The notes beneath the pieces are model-generated. The model searched no databases. It saw nothing but the letters and a program-made list of their open reading frames with translations, and had not been told where the DNA came from. Shown here piece by piece: positions 10,786 to 21,041 of a stretch of 35,113 nucleotides of DNA (position 1 is its first letter; each line of letters starts with the position of its first letter). The stretch covers positions 1 to 35,113 of the forward strand of contig ADNK01001968.1 in NCBI GenBank assembly GCA_000320545.1, in the 5' to 3' direction. Origin of the DNA: Bigelowiella natans CCMP2755. Taxonomy: Eukaryota; Protista; Cercozoa. The position numbers and the translations under genes are program-made.

Positions 10786-13700
10786 TCATCGCTTTCGGAA
10801 CTTCACCAACCACCAGGTAATAGATTCCTCTCTAACCTTATCTCCTTTGTCGCTTACCCAGAACTCACCTTCGTCCTTAGGTTCGTGTCCATACCAGCCC
10901 TCTGCATCAAGGTCCCCCAGGACCTTATACCAGTGCTCAAAGGGTAAGTCGGGAACAGCTAGGTAGAGTAGCTGATATTTTCCGTCCTTTATTTTCATAG
11001 CTACCCTCTCCATATTTCGTAATCCAGGGTAGCCTAGATAGACAATCTTCATGCGCCAATCGTCGTTCACCCTGACCTTATTGTTTCCATATTCCACATC
11101 GAACTTAGGTCGGGGTCCTAAACAAGGCATTGCTCGCTCCCACACAGTAGGGTTTACTTTAACATCCTCTAGGAGCTTCTCACCGATATCATAATTCTTT
11201 AGGTGACTGATGTGGCGCAAGGTGACCCTGTTCCCATCATAGATGTAGTACTGCTTCCTCCCCTTCCTCTCGGTAACCTTTGCAACGCCACCCCAGAAGG
11301 GGTCTTGTTTATTTCTCGATCTCAGATTTACCTTGGCCCTAACATACTGTCCTTCCTTTAGAACTCGGCCATCGTACGGGACCTTCTCGTCTTCGCTCTC
11401 GGTATCGTCGTCGTTGTCGTCGCCTTCTTCCCTCTCCTTATCCTTGATACCTCCCCCAGACGTGAAGGTGTCGTTTACTAACCCTTGTATCTTGTCTGGT
11501 GTGGTGCTATTTATCCTGCTTAGGTTGGCCAAGGTGCGGTGGAGTCGCTCTACCTTGGAGTTGGACTGGGCATAGTATACAGGTGAGGCATCAATATTAG
11601 GGTGTGGTAGCTGTAGAAGAGAGGTCTCATTATCCACATGTAACTTCTTTGGTATCTTGTTTATGCTAACTTCATCAGGGATAGCCTGGAGCTCAGACTC
11701 CCAGGTACGGTAGCAGTTAGTAAGCCTCTGCTTATATAAGCCTTTGTTCTTCTTAGCAACGTTGACCTTGATAATCTTTTTAACCCAGCACTTTCCAGTG
11801 GCCACATCAACGAAGGTAAGGTAGTGATAGCCATCGTACTTATAAACATCAATTTGCACGATATCTAAGAAGTTCCTTGCTTTGATTTTCTTAGATGCAC
11901 GGCTCTTGCTGGACTCCTTGGTGGCGACGCCTGCCGCCTTCAAGCTGGAGCACCTGCAGCCACGCAGGTATGTCCTTATCTCTTTTAGCTTGTAGGGCCA
12001 GTAGTAATGGTAGAGTAGAGCAGTGATATGGTTTTCTCCTACGTGTGCAGGTCCATGGGCGGTAAAGAGAAGGGCTCCCCTGGTCCGCCGTGGCACGTAG
12101 GTACGCCTAACATTATTAGTGTATACATATATCCTATCACTAAGTACCTCATGCTTGTGTTTGTATTTATCCAGGTGTTCTTGAAGGTGCTGGAGCTCCT
12201 CTGGCTCAGGCAGGAAGTCGCCGTCCTCGAAGGTAATCGCGTTAACCATAGGGGTGACCTGGGTAGGGACTTTCTTTTCGAACAGCCTGCTGAAATAGTC
12301 AGCAAGCTGCTTGTCTCCTGGTGCGTAGACCACTGTCCTCTTGTCCCTAAACTCTTCCGTGTCCGCCCTCATAGCTGCATACTCATCGTTAGGCGCTTCG
12401 AGCTTGCGGTCGATGCCTAGGAGGGGCTTGTGGTCAGTCATTAAGGTGAAGCTGGGCACCGACAGCAGGTAGTATCTTAGTTTCCTCTGCGCCTCAGTCA
12501 TGGCTTTATACTCTCCTTTTGTAGGGCTGTACTTGGCCTCAGCTGCTGTGCAGGCCCTGCCCCACACCCGTATGATCTGCTGGTCTTGGGTAAGTACAGC
12601 AGCCATACCTAGCTTAGACCAGTCTGTCCATAGGGTAGCTGGTCTAGTAGTGTCTAGCTTAGCATTCAATAGGGTGTTGCTGCATAACTTTATTAGGTTA
12701 TCGAAGTGGGCATCAAGGCCAGCCTTGGCCCACACCTTAGCGAAGCTGAGGCCTACAGAGTTCTCCTTCCGGTAAGCAGTAGTAAAAGCAGCTGCAGTCC
12801 TAGCGTAGGTAGGGGAGAACCTACGTAGTATCCAAGCTGCAGTCTGCAAGAATGACTTTAACTCCTTTGCATTCTTAGGTTTAGGGGCTTGCTGTAGTGC
12901 TGCTACTTTCTCGGGGTTTGGGGTGATGCGGCCTTGCTCCAGGTAATATCCACACCACTTGATTCTTGTAGCTAGGAATGTACACTTCTGCAGTCTAATA
13001 GTAAAACCGAAGTGTGCAAACCTAATAAATATATTTTCCAGGAGGAAGATCTGAGCGACGACTGTGTTGGTACATATTATGTCATCATCCACATACACAA
13101 ACACAAACACCCACAACACAGACGCCATCCCATCATGTGTGTATGCCCTGTAGTTCTGACTACTGAACGCATCCCCTGATATGCTTAGGCCGTAAGGGAA
13201 TACGACGAAGTGCCACTTCCTGTGCCTGCTGGAGAACGCGGTAATGGGGCGGGAGGTTTTGTGGATGGGTGTCTGCATGTATGATTCATTTTTATCTAGG
13301 GAAGAGTAGTATTTGTATCCTATGACGTGTTCAATAACGTCATCTATCCTTGGTGTAGGTGTCTGGATCCTCTTTATTACTCGGTTGTGGCGGATGAAGT
13401 TGTGCGCCAGGCGGAAGAAAGGGTAAGTAGGTTTCTTAGCTAGCACATGTCTCACGTTCCATGGTGAGTTGCTTGGCTCTATCTTCCCTTCCTTTGCCCA
13501 TTCATTGATCTGCCACTCTATCTTTTCCCAGTCCGCTTCCGGTCGCCTATGTTCTGGGTCATTGATGATGCACTCTTCGTATCCCTTCTTTAGCTCGATC
13601 TTTACTGGGGTAAGCTTGCTGGAGGGCTTCGTCGTCGGCTTGGTGATGTCAGAGTACTTCTCGTTTAATATTTTATTAATGTACTTTTTGCCTTTGTCGA

Positions 13701-15759
13701 TATCCCAATCATCAGCTGGGGGGGTCTTGTCCAGTAGCTCCGTTATCTGTCGGATGGTCTTGCCGGGGTTCTTCTTCCGTAGCTCGGTAGGTGTAGGTAG
13801 CTTGTTGTCCGCTAGGTCCATAAACTCTAACGCATTAACGCTTGACTCAGAGGTCCACTCGTCAAGCCGTATCATGTTCTGGCTGATGGTCCTGCCTGAC
13901 TTCTTTGGCAACTTAGCAAAGTATATCTTGTGATTGTAGAATGATATGATCCCCCCTAATTTTTCTAGGGCATCCTGTCCGAGGAGTAGTTCCATGGATA
14001 AAGTCATGGCTACTCGGGTCTTGATTTGGGTCTCCGCGTCGCTGCCAGGTATCTGTAGCTTTAGCATTAGCTCACCGACGGTCTTCATGGAAGAGCTTCC
14101 GTCTGCTTGAGCATATTTACGTTCTTTCTTAGTCACTTGATCCAATAGTCCTAACCTTCTTACTGTGCTTAGGCTTATGAAGGACTTCGGCATGCTGCCA
14201 CTATCCCAAAGGGCAGGTAGTTTCTTGTAGTCTCCGTAGCTGTCTTTAACTTTAACCTTGGTCATAGCAACTTTGATAGTCCTGTTAGCGTCTTCGTCAT
14301 TAATGTTGCATACTCCTAAGTTCTTTATGTCGTCTAGGGTCATGGGCTTGTCTTGGTCCTGCGTTGCTGGTACTGCTGTCTTCGTCGGCGCCTGCTTAAG
14401 GTGATCTAATATTCCGTTTATCTGCTGCTGTATAGCATTGATACTGTTCTGCTTTTTGTTCTTATATTTATTGTTCTTCCCGTTGTTGCTGCCTTGCCAT
14501 TTGCTGTTGTTATATCCTTGTCCTCTGCCTTTCTTTCTCTTTAACTTCTCGTAGTGTTCGTTGAGCTGCCTGATCGTCATCCTGGGTCGTCCTTCTTTCC
14601 TGTCTCTGCAGTCTTTAGCGGTGTGTTTCCCTTTACGTGAGCAGTATCCGCAACGTCGGTTACCTTCCCTGTCCTTGTACCAGTCTCGCTGCGGCTTAAT
14701 AGCGTTAATGTTTCCTATGCCAGGTACCTTAGGGCTGGTAAACTTGCGGTCCTGCTCCTGCTCGCGTAGGGATATAGCCTGCACTGCTGCCTCCATCGTG
14801 GTGTAGCCTTTCTCCGTAACGTAAGTGGATTCCTTTATCTTTAACTTGAACTCTTCAAACCTTGCCTGATCATCACCTGTGTTGTAATTAAAATCATGTA
14901 GTTCGTCGATCATATCCTGGAAGCGCGTGGCAAAGTCTCTAACAGGTTCTCTCTCATGCTGCATCATTGCTCTGTATTTTCTAATAGCCTGGGGTAGGGA
15001 GTTAGCATCCTGTTCATTTACAAAAGCCTTCATTATCGCCTCAACGTCTCGTAGCCCACTAACTGTAGTGTGTATTTTCTCTAGCTGCCTGATCCGGGTC
15101 CTGCCTGTCTCGTAAAGGTCCATGGCTTGCTTTATTATAGCTAGCCATTTGAGCTTGTCGTTTTCGGTGGGGTTAGGGGTAAAGTCGCAGAGTATACTCC
15201 TAGCGTTCTTCCACCACCTCCTTGCCTCACCTCTTTTCCCGTTGTATTTCGTTATCATAACCGGTGCTGTTTTAACAGACATGAACTGGGTGTTCCGCTG
15301 TACCGGCTGCTGCTGCTTGACGGTGCTCTGGGTCGTCCCCCGCGAGGCGCCCAGACCCCCGTCGTTCCTAAACAAAGCTGCCCACTCTGGAGGTAAGTCT
15401 GCTTCGTAATCCATGATGTCCTGCATGATAGCTGCCCAAACATCATGTGTCTGATACTTGTATTCTATCGATACTTTCAGTTTGGCGTAGTTGCTCGCCC
15501 TGGGTCGCAAGGCTCGTAATGCCATTACGACCTTCTTGCTTTCGGCGGCCACGTCCTCGTCGTCCGCCTCGTAGAAGTTCTCCAGTGCCTCTGCTGCTGC
15601 ATCTGCTTTCTTAATCCCGGGTGCTGGTCCCGGCGGTGCCTGTGGAGGTGTTCCTCCTCCTTCCTTAGCGTCCGTATCGCCCTTCCTTTCCTGTTTCTGC
15701 TCGTGCCCTTGCACGGCCTGCGAGCCAAAGTCCTGCTGTTCTTCTAGCTGCTGTGACAT
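10786..15759 (-). CDS. Gag-Pol polyprotein, 1657 aa: Gag, Zn knuckle, aspartic protease, RT, RNase H, integrase, GPY/F-type module and C-terminal Dam-like domain
   Basis: Intronless ORF. Motifs: CGYCSRKGKHTAKDC (14652-14608); ALWDSGS protease (~14205) and LLGQDAL; RT IEPSNSPW, LDKNESYMQ, FPYGL, YVDD (13095-13084), KCTF; RNase H LWTDWS, YSPTKGE, TDHKPL, LADYFSR; IN HGPAHVG...CRC, QIDV, VDNE, QSNSKVERLHRTL; GQYVRAK...PFWGG...HISHLKNY. Confidence 0.97.
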   Translation of the reverse strand: MSQQLEEQQDFGSQAVQGHEQKQERKGDTDAKEGGGTPPQAPPGPAPGIKKADAAAEALENFYEADDEDVAAESKKVVMALRALRPRASNYAKLKVSIEYKYQTHDVWAAIMQDIMDYEADLPPEWAALFRNDGGLGASRGTTQSTVKQQQPVQRNTQFMSVKTAPVMITKYNGKRGEARRWWKNARSILCDFTPNPTENDKLKWLAIIKQAMDLYETGRTRIRQLEKIHTTVSGLRDVEAIMKAFVNEQDANSLPQAIRKYRAMMQHEREPVRDFATRFQDMIDELHDFNYNTGDDQARFEEFKLKIKESTYVTEKGYTTMEAAVQAISLREQEQDRKFTSPKVPGIGNINAIKPQRDWYKDREGNRRCGYCSRKGKHTAKDCRDRKEGRPRMTIRQLNEHYEKLKRKKGRGQGYNNSKWQGSNNGKNNKYKNKKQNSINAIQQQINGILDHLKQAPTKTAVPATQDQDKPMTLDDIKNLGVCNINDEDANRTIKVAMTKVKVKDSYGDYKKLPALWDSGSMPKSFISLSTVRRLGLLDQVTKKERKYAQADGSSSMKTVGELMLKLQIPGSDAETQIKTRVAMTLSMELLLGQDALEKLGGIISFYNHKIYFAKLPKKSGRTISQNMIRLDEWTSESSVNALEFMDLADNKLPTPTELRKKNPGKTIRQITELLDKTPPADDWDIDKGKKYINKILNEKYSDITKPTTKPSSKLTPVKIELKKGYEECIINDPEHRRPEADWEKIEWQINEWAKEGKIEPSNSPWNVRHVLAKKPTYPFFRLAHNFIRHNRVIKRIQTPTPRIDDVIEHVIGYKYYSSLDKNESYMQTPIHKTSRPITAFSSRHRKWHFVVFPYGLSISGDAFSSQNYRAYTHDGMASVLWVFVFVYVDDDIICTNTVVAQIFLLENIFIRFAHFGFTIRLQKCTFLATRIKWCGYYLEQGRITPNPEKVAALQQAPKPKNAKELKSFLQTAAWILRRFSPTYARTAAAFTTAYRKENSVGLSFAKVWAKAGLDAHFDNLIKLCSNTLLNAKLDTTRPATLWTDWSKLGMAAVLTQDQQIIRVWGRACTAAEAKYSPTKGEYKAMTEAQRKLRYYLLSVPSFTLMTDHKPLLGIDRKLEAPNDEYAAMRADTEEFRDKRTVVYAPGDKQLADYFSRLFEKKVPTQVTPMVNAITFEDGDFLPEPEELQHLQEHLDKYKHKHEVLSDRIYVYTNNVRRTYVPRRTRGALLFTAHGPAHVGENHITALLYHYYWPYKLKEIRTYLRGCRCSSLKAAGVATKESSKSRASKKIKARNFLDIVQIDVYKYDGYHYLTFVDVATGKCWVKKIIKVNVAKKNKGLYKQRLTNCYRTWESELQAIPDEVSINKIPKKLHVDNETSLLQLPHPNIDASPVYYAQSNSKVERLHRTLANLSRINSTTPDKIQGLVNDTFTSGGGIKDKEREEGDDNDDDTESEDEKVPYDGRVLKEGQYVRAKVNLRSRNKQDPFWGGVAKVTERKGRKQYYIYDGNRVTLRHISHLKNYDIGEKLLEDVKVNPTVWERAMPCLGPRPKFDVEYGNNKVRVNDDWRMKIVYLGYPGLRNMERVAMKIKDGKYQLLYLAVPDLPFEHWYKVLGDLDAEGWYGHEPKDEGEFWVSDKGDKVREESITWWLVKFRKR

Positions 15760-15775
15760 TGTTAGTCAAATCGTT

Positions 15776-15793
15776 TCCCGTGTGTGGAAGCCA
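15776..15793 (-). promoter_or_regulatory. Putative primer-binding site
   Basis: TGGCTTCCACACACGGGA begins 5 nt after the 5' LTR end. TGG is complementary to tRNA CCA. The cognate tRNA was not identified. Confidence 0.6.
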
Positions 15794-15798
15794 AAGGT

Positions 15799-16124
15799 TG
15801 TTGCGCGTAAGGTGTTCACAGGCCGAGGCGCTACGTGCACAAGTAGGCAGGGGGGGGGAAAGGCACGTTTGCTTCCTTTTGAAGAGTTGTGTTTATTTTT
15901 ATTAAAGATTATATTTTTATTAAATCGTGCACTGCGTAATCATTCGCGAAGCTTTCGCGAATGCCGCCGCACGTGGGGCAGCACACTTCCGGTGTGCTGC
16001 CATGAGTCCCGCCGGAACCCACGTGCCTATGCTGTATTAATATCTACGTTATCTATATTCTATATCCGCGACAACCCCTTTGTTGTCGCACGTGACTTGT
16101 GCCCGCGTAGTGGTACGCGCTACA
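15799..16124 (-). repeat. 5' LTR (326 bp)
   Basis: Identical by eye to 10409-10734. On the element strand it has a TATA-like ATATAGAATATAGAT (~16051-16065) and AATAAA poly(A) signals (~15892-15903, ~15916-15921). Confidence 0.96.
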
Positions 16125-16476
16125 TGTTTCCCGCATCGAACATGCATGATGTTGTGAGGACACCGCGTGGATTGCATGATTGCCTGTGCTAGCTTGCAAA
16201 ATGACAATGCACGGATCGCACATGCTCGTCTGCACTCGCTTTGAGTGCTTGTGAAACAAAAACGGTTGTTGCTTCTGCAGCCAGTCGAGCAACAGTCGTC
16301 ACGCAAAAGTGCTAGAGTGCGACGCAATCAGTGATGGGATGTTTGCAAGCAATTGAGCATCACTGCTTTTGTCCATCTCAGATTGGAGATGATGTAGACA
16401 TGTTTAATTGTTTGTTCAACGTGCGCGTGCAATGGAGAAACAGGTGTCTCTGCAAAGGCGTCATGTCACGTCACAG

Positions 16477-16914
16477 CTAAAGTTGAAGTCCAGCAGCAGC
16501 AGATTTCGTGATGAATTCCGGATTTTCGTAACGGTATTTTCCATTCTCATCGATTCCAAATCCCTGCAAAAAAAAAAGAACAGAGAGAGACGGTTGATTT
16601 CCAACGACACCATTGAAGCACATGACATGTGACCCACCTTTGGATCTGCGAAAACGTTGTTTAACAACTGGCTCTTGTCTGGTTTCGGCGATGAATCTGC
16701 AAACTCAATCGCCTCCTGCACAGAGGCGTCGGCCTGACGGGTAGCAATAATGGGATCGGCCTCAGAATCTATTATAGAAGCAACTACAAACTCCTTAGTG
16801 ATGTTCGACCTTGTTTTCGAGCTCAGTGAGCTGGTCTTCGGTGAGAAGGTTGTTATCTAAGACGTACTGGCGGAATTTCTTGATAGGATCCTGCTTAGCG
16901 AATCTGATGAAAAC

Positions 16915-16950
<36 letters not shown>

Positions 16951-19215
16951 ATAAGTACGCACACCAACGCAACGAGGAAGAAATGAAAGCTTAGCTCAAA
17001 ATAAAAAGAGTTCAACCGCTAGTAGCACCTTTCTTTTTCTTCTGCGGTTCGGAGTACATCGGGATCAGCAAGCGAGTGGCCACGGTAACGATAGGTTTCA
17101 GCCTAATAGATGACGCGCACCGTTGCCATGTAGATCAGGAGACAAAGCTCAATCAACCTCTGCAGATGATGAATTCGGTGCGAATTTCTAACCTCAATGA
17201 GAGTTGGCCCCTCTCCGGCACGGGCGCGTGCCACAGCTTCAGCTACACATATTTACAAACAAACCACAAAAACCAAACATTTTTCAAATTTCGAGACTTC
17301 TCACAAAAAAGAACAAACAGCTGTATGTATGTGCGCAAGTACCAACAGCCTCGTTGACAGCAACAACGTCCATTCCATCCACAACCTTACTTGGCATACC
17401 TACGCATAAACCATTCATTATATGCTGATAATGGTAATCCTGGCTCTCGAACAACATATCAGAGGAAGAGAGTAACTCTTTGTGTCTGCCCGAAATTTGA
17501 GCTGGTCATTAAGTACACGTAGACAAAGAACAGAAAGATGGTTAAGCCATTCCTTATGGTTTCATTTTATTCTGGGTCAAAATCTGGGAAAATTTGGCGC
17601 TTATATGCTTTCTCTTCATACCAAAGGCAGGGCCTTTCTTGTAGATGTGGGGAAGCTGATCTCCTAGAGATGGTGCCGTCGCACGGTAATGATACATTCC
17701 AATCGCCCAGCTGTCACAGAGCAGTTGAGAGTCACGACACGTGTTCAAGAGTGTTCAAGATTATTCAAGAAGGTTCCATTTATTTATTCACTACAGGTTA
17801 TTCTCGACGACGAAGACGATCGGGAGCTTGTAAAGGGAAGCCTGAATAATAATAATGATGATTATGATGACGATGCGCTCGGTCAGTGCAAGCTGAATAA
17901 TAGCGTCGGAAAGAGAAGGAAAGCCACTCTACGCGTATTACCATGTTCAAGCATTCAGCGAACTGTCCCACGTTCGTTGTTCCATCCCCGAAGAAAGCAA
18001 GGGTCACTTGGTCCGCATTTGGGTCTTTCAAGGCGTCCCTTTTGTACCTCGTCTGCAAATCCATTCGTTCCGGTGAAATCAGCAAAAACCACCCCGCACT
18101 ATCTATCTTTTGAGGATATGTTTACCTGGAAGGCAGCCCCGAGAGCGACGGGAATTCCTTCTCCAATGAAAGCAAATCCACCCAGCATATTGTGCTCAGC
18201 ACTGAACATATGCATGGAGCCTCCTTGTCCTGAGATCAGTTTGCAGTAAAGCAGAGAGTTTTCTTAGTGGATGAACGAATAATCTGATTTAAACTATCTA
18301 TCGCCACCGTTGCAAATTCCGGTTTTCTTTGCGAAGAGCTCGGCCATGACTTTTTTCGGGTCGCATCCTTTAGAGAGTGCGTGAATGTGGTCACGATACC
18401 TAATTTCCATTTCAATATTTGCTTAGTTTCACGAATCTCCCCCATCGGTGAGAGGTGGTGGAACTCACGTCGAGCAGATGTAATCATCCTTGCGAAGTTG
18501 CTTGATAGCCCCCGAAGAGATAGCCTGCCAGATATGCCAATGCTTAACTAAAATTCCGCGATGATACCAAAAATCGGGCAATTTGTTACCTCCTGTCCAT
18601 TCGCAAGATGCACGAATCCGAAGACCTTTCCTCGTTGATACCACTTTCATGTTCAATAATCACATAATAATTAGTAAATTGCCAATGAAATTAACACCAG
18701 AATACTAGCTCGCAGATGGTGAGATGAAAGCCGAAGTGAATTCATGACTACCTGTGCTGTAGCATCTTCAAACTTTCGGCCCAGATTCATATCCTGGTAG
18801 AGAGTTGCAGCCTCCTCGGAAGTGATTTGACTATCAAGGATGGGTGGAAAGGGAAGATGCATAGGTTTTCGACGTTATACTTCTTGAATTCTTCACAATG
18901 GGCCAAGCAAGATTCTCTCAAAAATGTCATTTCAAATTGGTGGCTGCGCATGCATATATTCGGGACTTTACATCCCGTGCCTCACCCCGAAGCAACAGTC
19001 TTCTGATCCATTTCAACTTCAACTGCGCGTCGGGAAACAGGTCTTGTACTGGTGATGAAGGAGGTAGGAGAGGGCTTGAACGACATGAGCCTGCTGCTCG
19101 ACCCAGCGCGGATGGTTGCTGCTCTGCCTAACATCCCAGTGGAGGATCCTAAGCAAAATAGTCCAACAACTGCCACAACTCCTGCCATCAGCAATGCCAT
19201 AGATCTCTTGCTCAT
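16477..19215 (-). CDS. pdhA: Plastid-targeted pyruvate dehydrogenase E1 alpha subunit (many short introns)
   Basis: Spliced translation gives [53 protein letters not shown], the TPP motif [66 protein letters not shown], and C-terminus [24 protein letters not shown]...* (plant/green plastid type). The N-terminal signal peptide ([23 protein letters not shown]) is followed by an S/R-rich transit peptide. Confidence 0.96.
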
Positions 19216-20246
19216 TGTGGTTCTTTGACGGCGAAAAGGTAGAAGGGGGGTGGACAAGGGGGGGGAGGCCTGCATCGACGTGGCAAGCCGCAGAACGCAG
19301 GCGATTTTGTCTAAATTGGACATATCTCAAGGAAAAACGGTCCAAAACTCCTCCTGTCCGAACAGAAGGGGCCACGTGCACACCAAACTACAGCACCGAA
19401 TGCCGGAGTTTAGACATATTGACTACAAATCCGCTGCGTTTTCTATTTGCGTCTTGTTTGTACCGGCCTGTAATTCCAGAACCGCCAGCACAATCACATT
19501 TTTCGTGGTCGAACGAGAAGCTGCCGTTCCCGGGCATTTTTGGATCTGTTCCTGCGACAACGCCTCATTCCTTGTCTCAAGCTGAAAATGACATGCATTG
19601 GTTATCCGCTCGGGTACTTTTTGTGCGGAAATAGGAACGCACAGATCTCGTGCTTTTCCAGTGAGAAAACCTTGTCACGAGCACATGCCGGATATGTGCA
19701 GATAGAGCAACGATGATACCAGCCAGCCAATAACGGACTTTCTCCATCTTGCTTCGCTGCCCGTCCTCGCTCGTTTTGACCTGGGGCTTTACCGATGGGG
19801 GTGAGACACTCCAGTGCCCCGACAAGGGCTGTTGCTCTGGGGAAAGCAGGAACCCAGAGGCGCTTTCTTTTCATCCAAAATCTTGCCCGTCATCCGATCG
19901 CTGGGAAAGTATTCACGGTTCATGGAACGAAATTGATGCAGAGGACTAACTCTCGGTTACTGGAAAGGAATCTATCGATGGATCTCAGGGTGCTAGCTAG
20001 CATATGCTGTATATACCTTACACCATGGCTACCCACGGGCCAAAATGCAGGCAATCTTGTGACTTATAATTCAATATTCATTCAAATTTTTGCATGCATA
20101 TGTCTCCCTTTGCAATGTAATACGCAGATATATGCAGGAGTACAATCGAAAGAAGAGAAGGAGAAGAAAAGTGAGTTACTCTCTAACCTCCCAGTGTGCA
20201 TGATTGAAACATGAGTGGCCCCAAACAATAGATAAAATCTTTTTAG

Positions 20247-21041
20247 ATCGAATTAGTTTCCACGAAGTGCTGGGAATATCTTTGGACGCCTCCAAGGATC
20301 AGATACGATCTGCGGTCTCAGAATTCATTGAGCAATACCCCCTCTTGACTCTGAAATAAGTGCGTTTGCAGTATCATTCAAGGTTGTTTGAAGCACATCC
20401 TGATCATGGCGGCTCGCCAGAGAAATTTAGGCTTGTCCGGGAAGCCTACGAGGCATTAGTGTTTCCAGATGATTCTGTACTTCGAGAATTCAGTGACTGC
20501 ATTTGGGCGAACGACACTGAGCGAGCGGTGATATTTCTCATTGTATTTGTACTGTACTCGAAGTGATTAGTAAAGAATATATACTACTTACTGTAACGGT
20601 TCAGGAAAAGCTATGGTCTGTGCTAGTTCCTCGGATGCACCAAACATCGGTTCGAAAAAATAGTTAGGAAATAAACACCGCATTTGACAAATTTTCAAGG
20701 AATTTATCTCTTTGTACAGACACTGCGCTTTGATGGATTGTACTTCGATGCGATACTCTATGCCTGCCAAAACGATGAGCATTATGAACAGGTTTGCTCA
20801 ATTCTAAGACGATATGACTAGCGAGATGCTAGAAGTATGTTAATTGATAGTGCGGTTTTCTTCTTCTCCGCCAGCTCGCACGGATGTGCCATGAAGCTGC
20901 TAAAGAGGACTTGTTTCTAGATGAAGATTCCAGGAAGGTTTTGAACGCATATATCGAATTATTCTCAACAGGCAATGACGAACAGATACAACTACAGGTT
21001 GCATATGATTCGCTTCTGTGGCATCTGAAGGAGGGAAATAG
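20247..21041 (+). CDS. J-domain (DnaJ-type) protein, multi-exon; true start and stop not defined
   Basis: FHEVLGISLDASKDQIRSA|YHSRLFEAHPDHGGSPEKFRLVREAYEAL with HPD at 20396-20404. Downstream phase-consistent exons: EKLWSVLVPRMHQTS|TLRFDGLYFDAILYACQNDEHYEQ|LARMCHEAAKEDLFLDEDSRK|VAYDSLLWHLKEGN. Confidence 0.8.

Larger units (their letters stand above)
10409..16124 (-). mobile_element. Full-length Ty3/Gypsy-order LTR retrotransposon (5716 bp)
   Basis: Two 326-bp direct repeats with TG...CA termini, a 4-bp target-site duplication TGTT (10405-10408 and 16125-16128), an internal single ORF in Gag-PR-RT-RNaseH-IN order, a PBS-like site and a PPT. Confidence 0.97.

Noticed and set aside
10786-11190. 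Chromodomain or env at the Pol C-terminus
   Set aside because: There is no chromodomain pattern (no Y.VE.I / YLVKWKG spacing; the terminal WWLVKF is at the extreme end with nothing following) and no transmembrane segment or separate env ORF. The Dam-like pattern fits better.
11333-15409. Several + strand ORFs (60-154 aa) inside the retrotransposon
   Set aside because: They are antisense shadows of the long gag-pol frame with no recognisable motifs.
8094-16124. Functional link between the methyladenine glycosylase and the neighbouring element's methylase-like domain
   Set aside because: Tag removes N3-methyladenine damage, not N6-methyladenine. It lies outside the TSD-bounded element, so adjacency is most likely coincidental.
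16126-16132. Flank sequence gtttccc(g) matching the PBS-adjacent region at 15773-15780
   Set aside because: An 8-nt match is compatible with chance, and the TSD already explains the junction.
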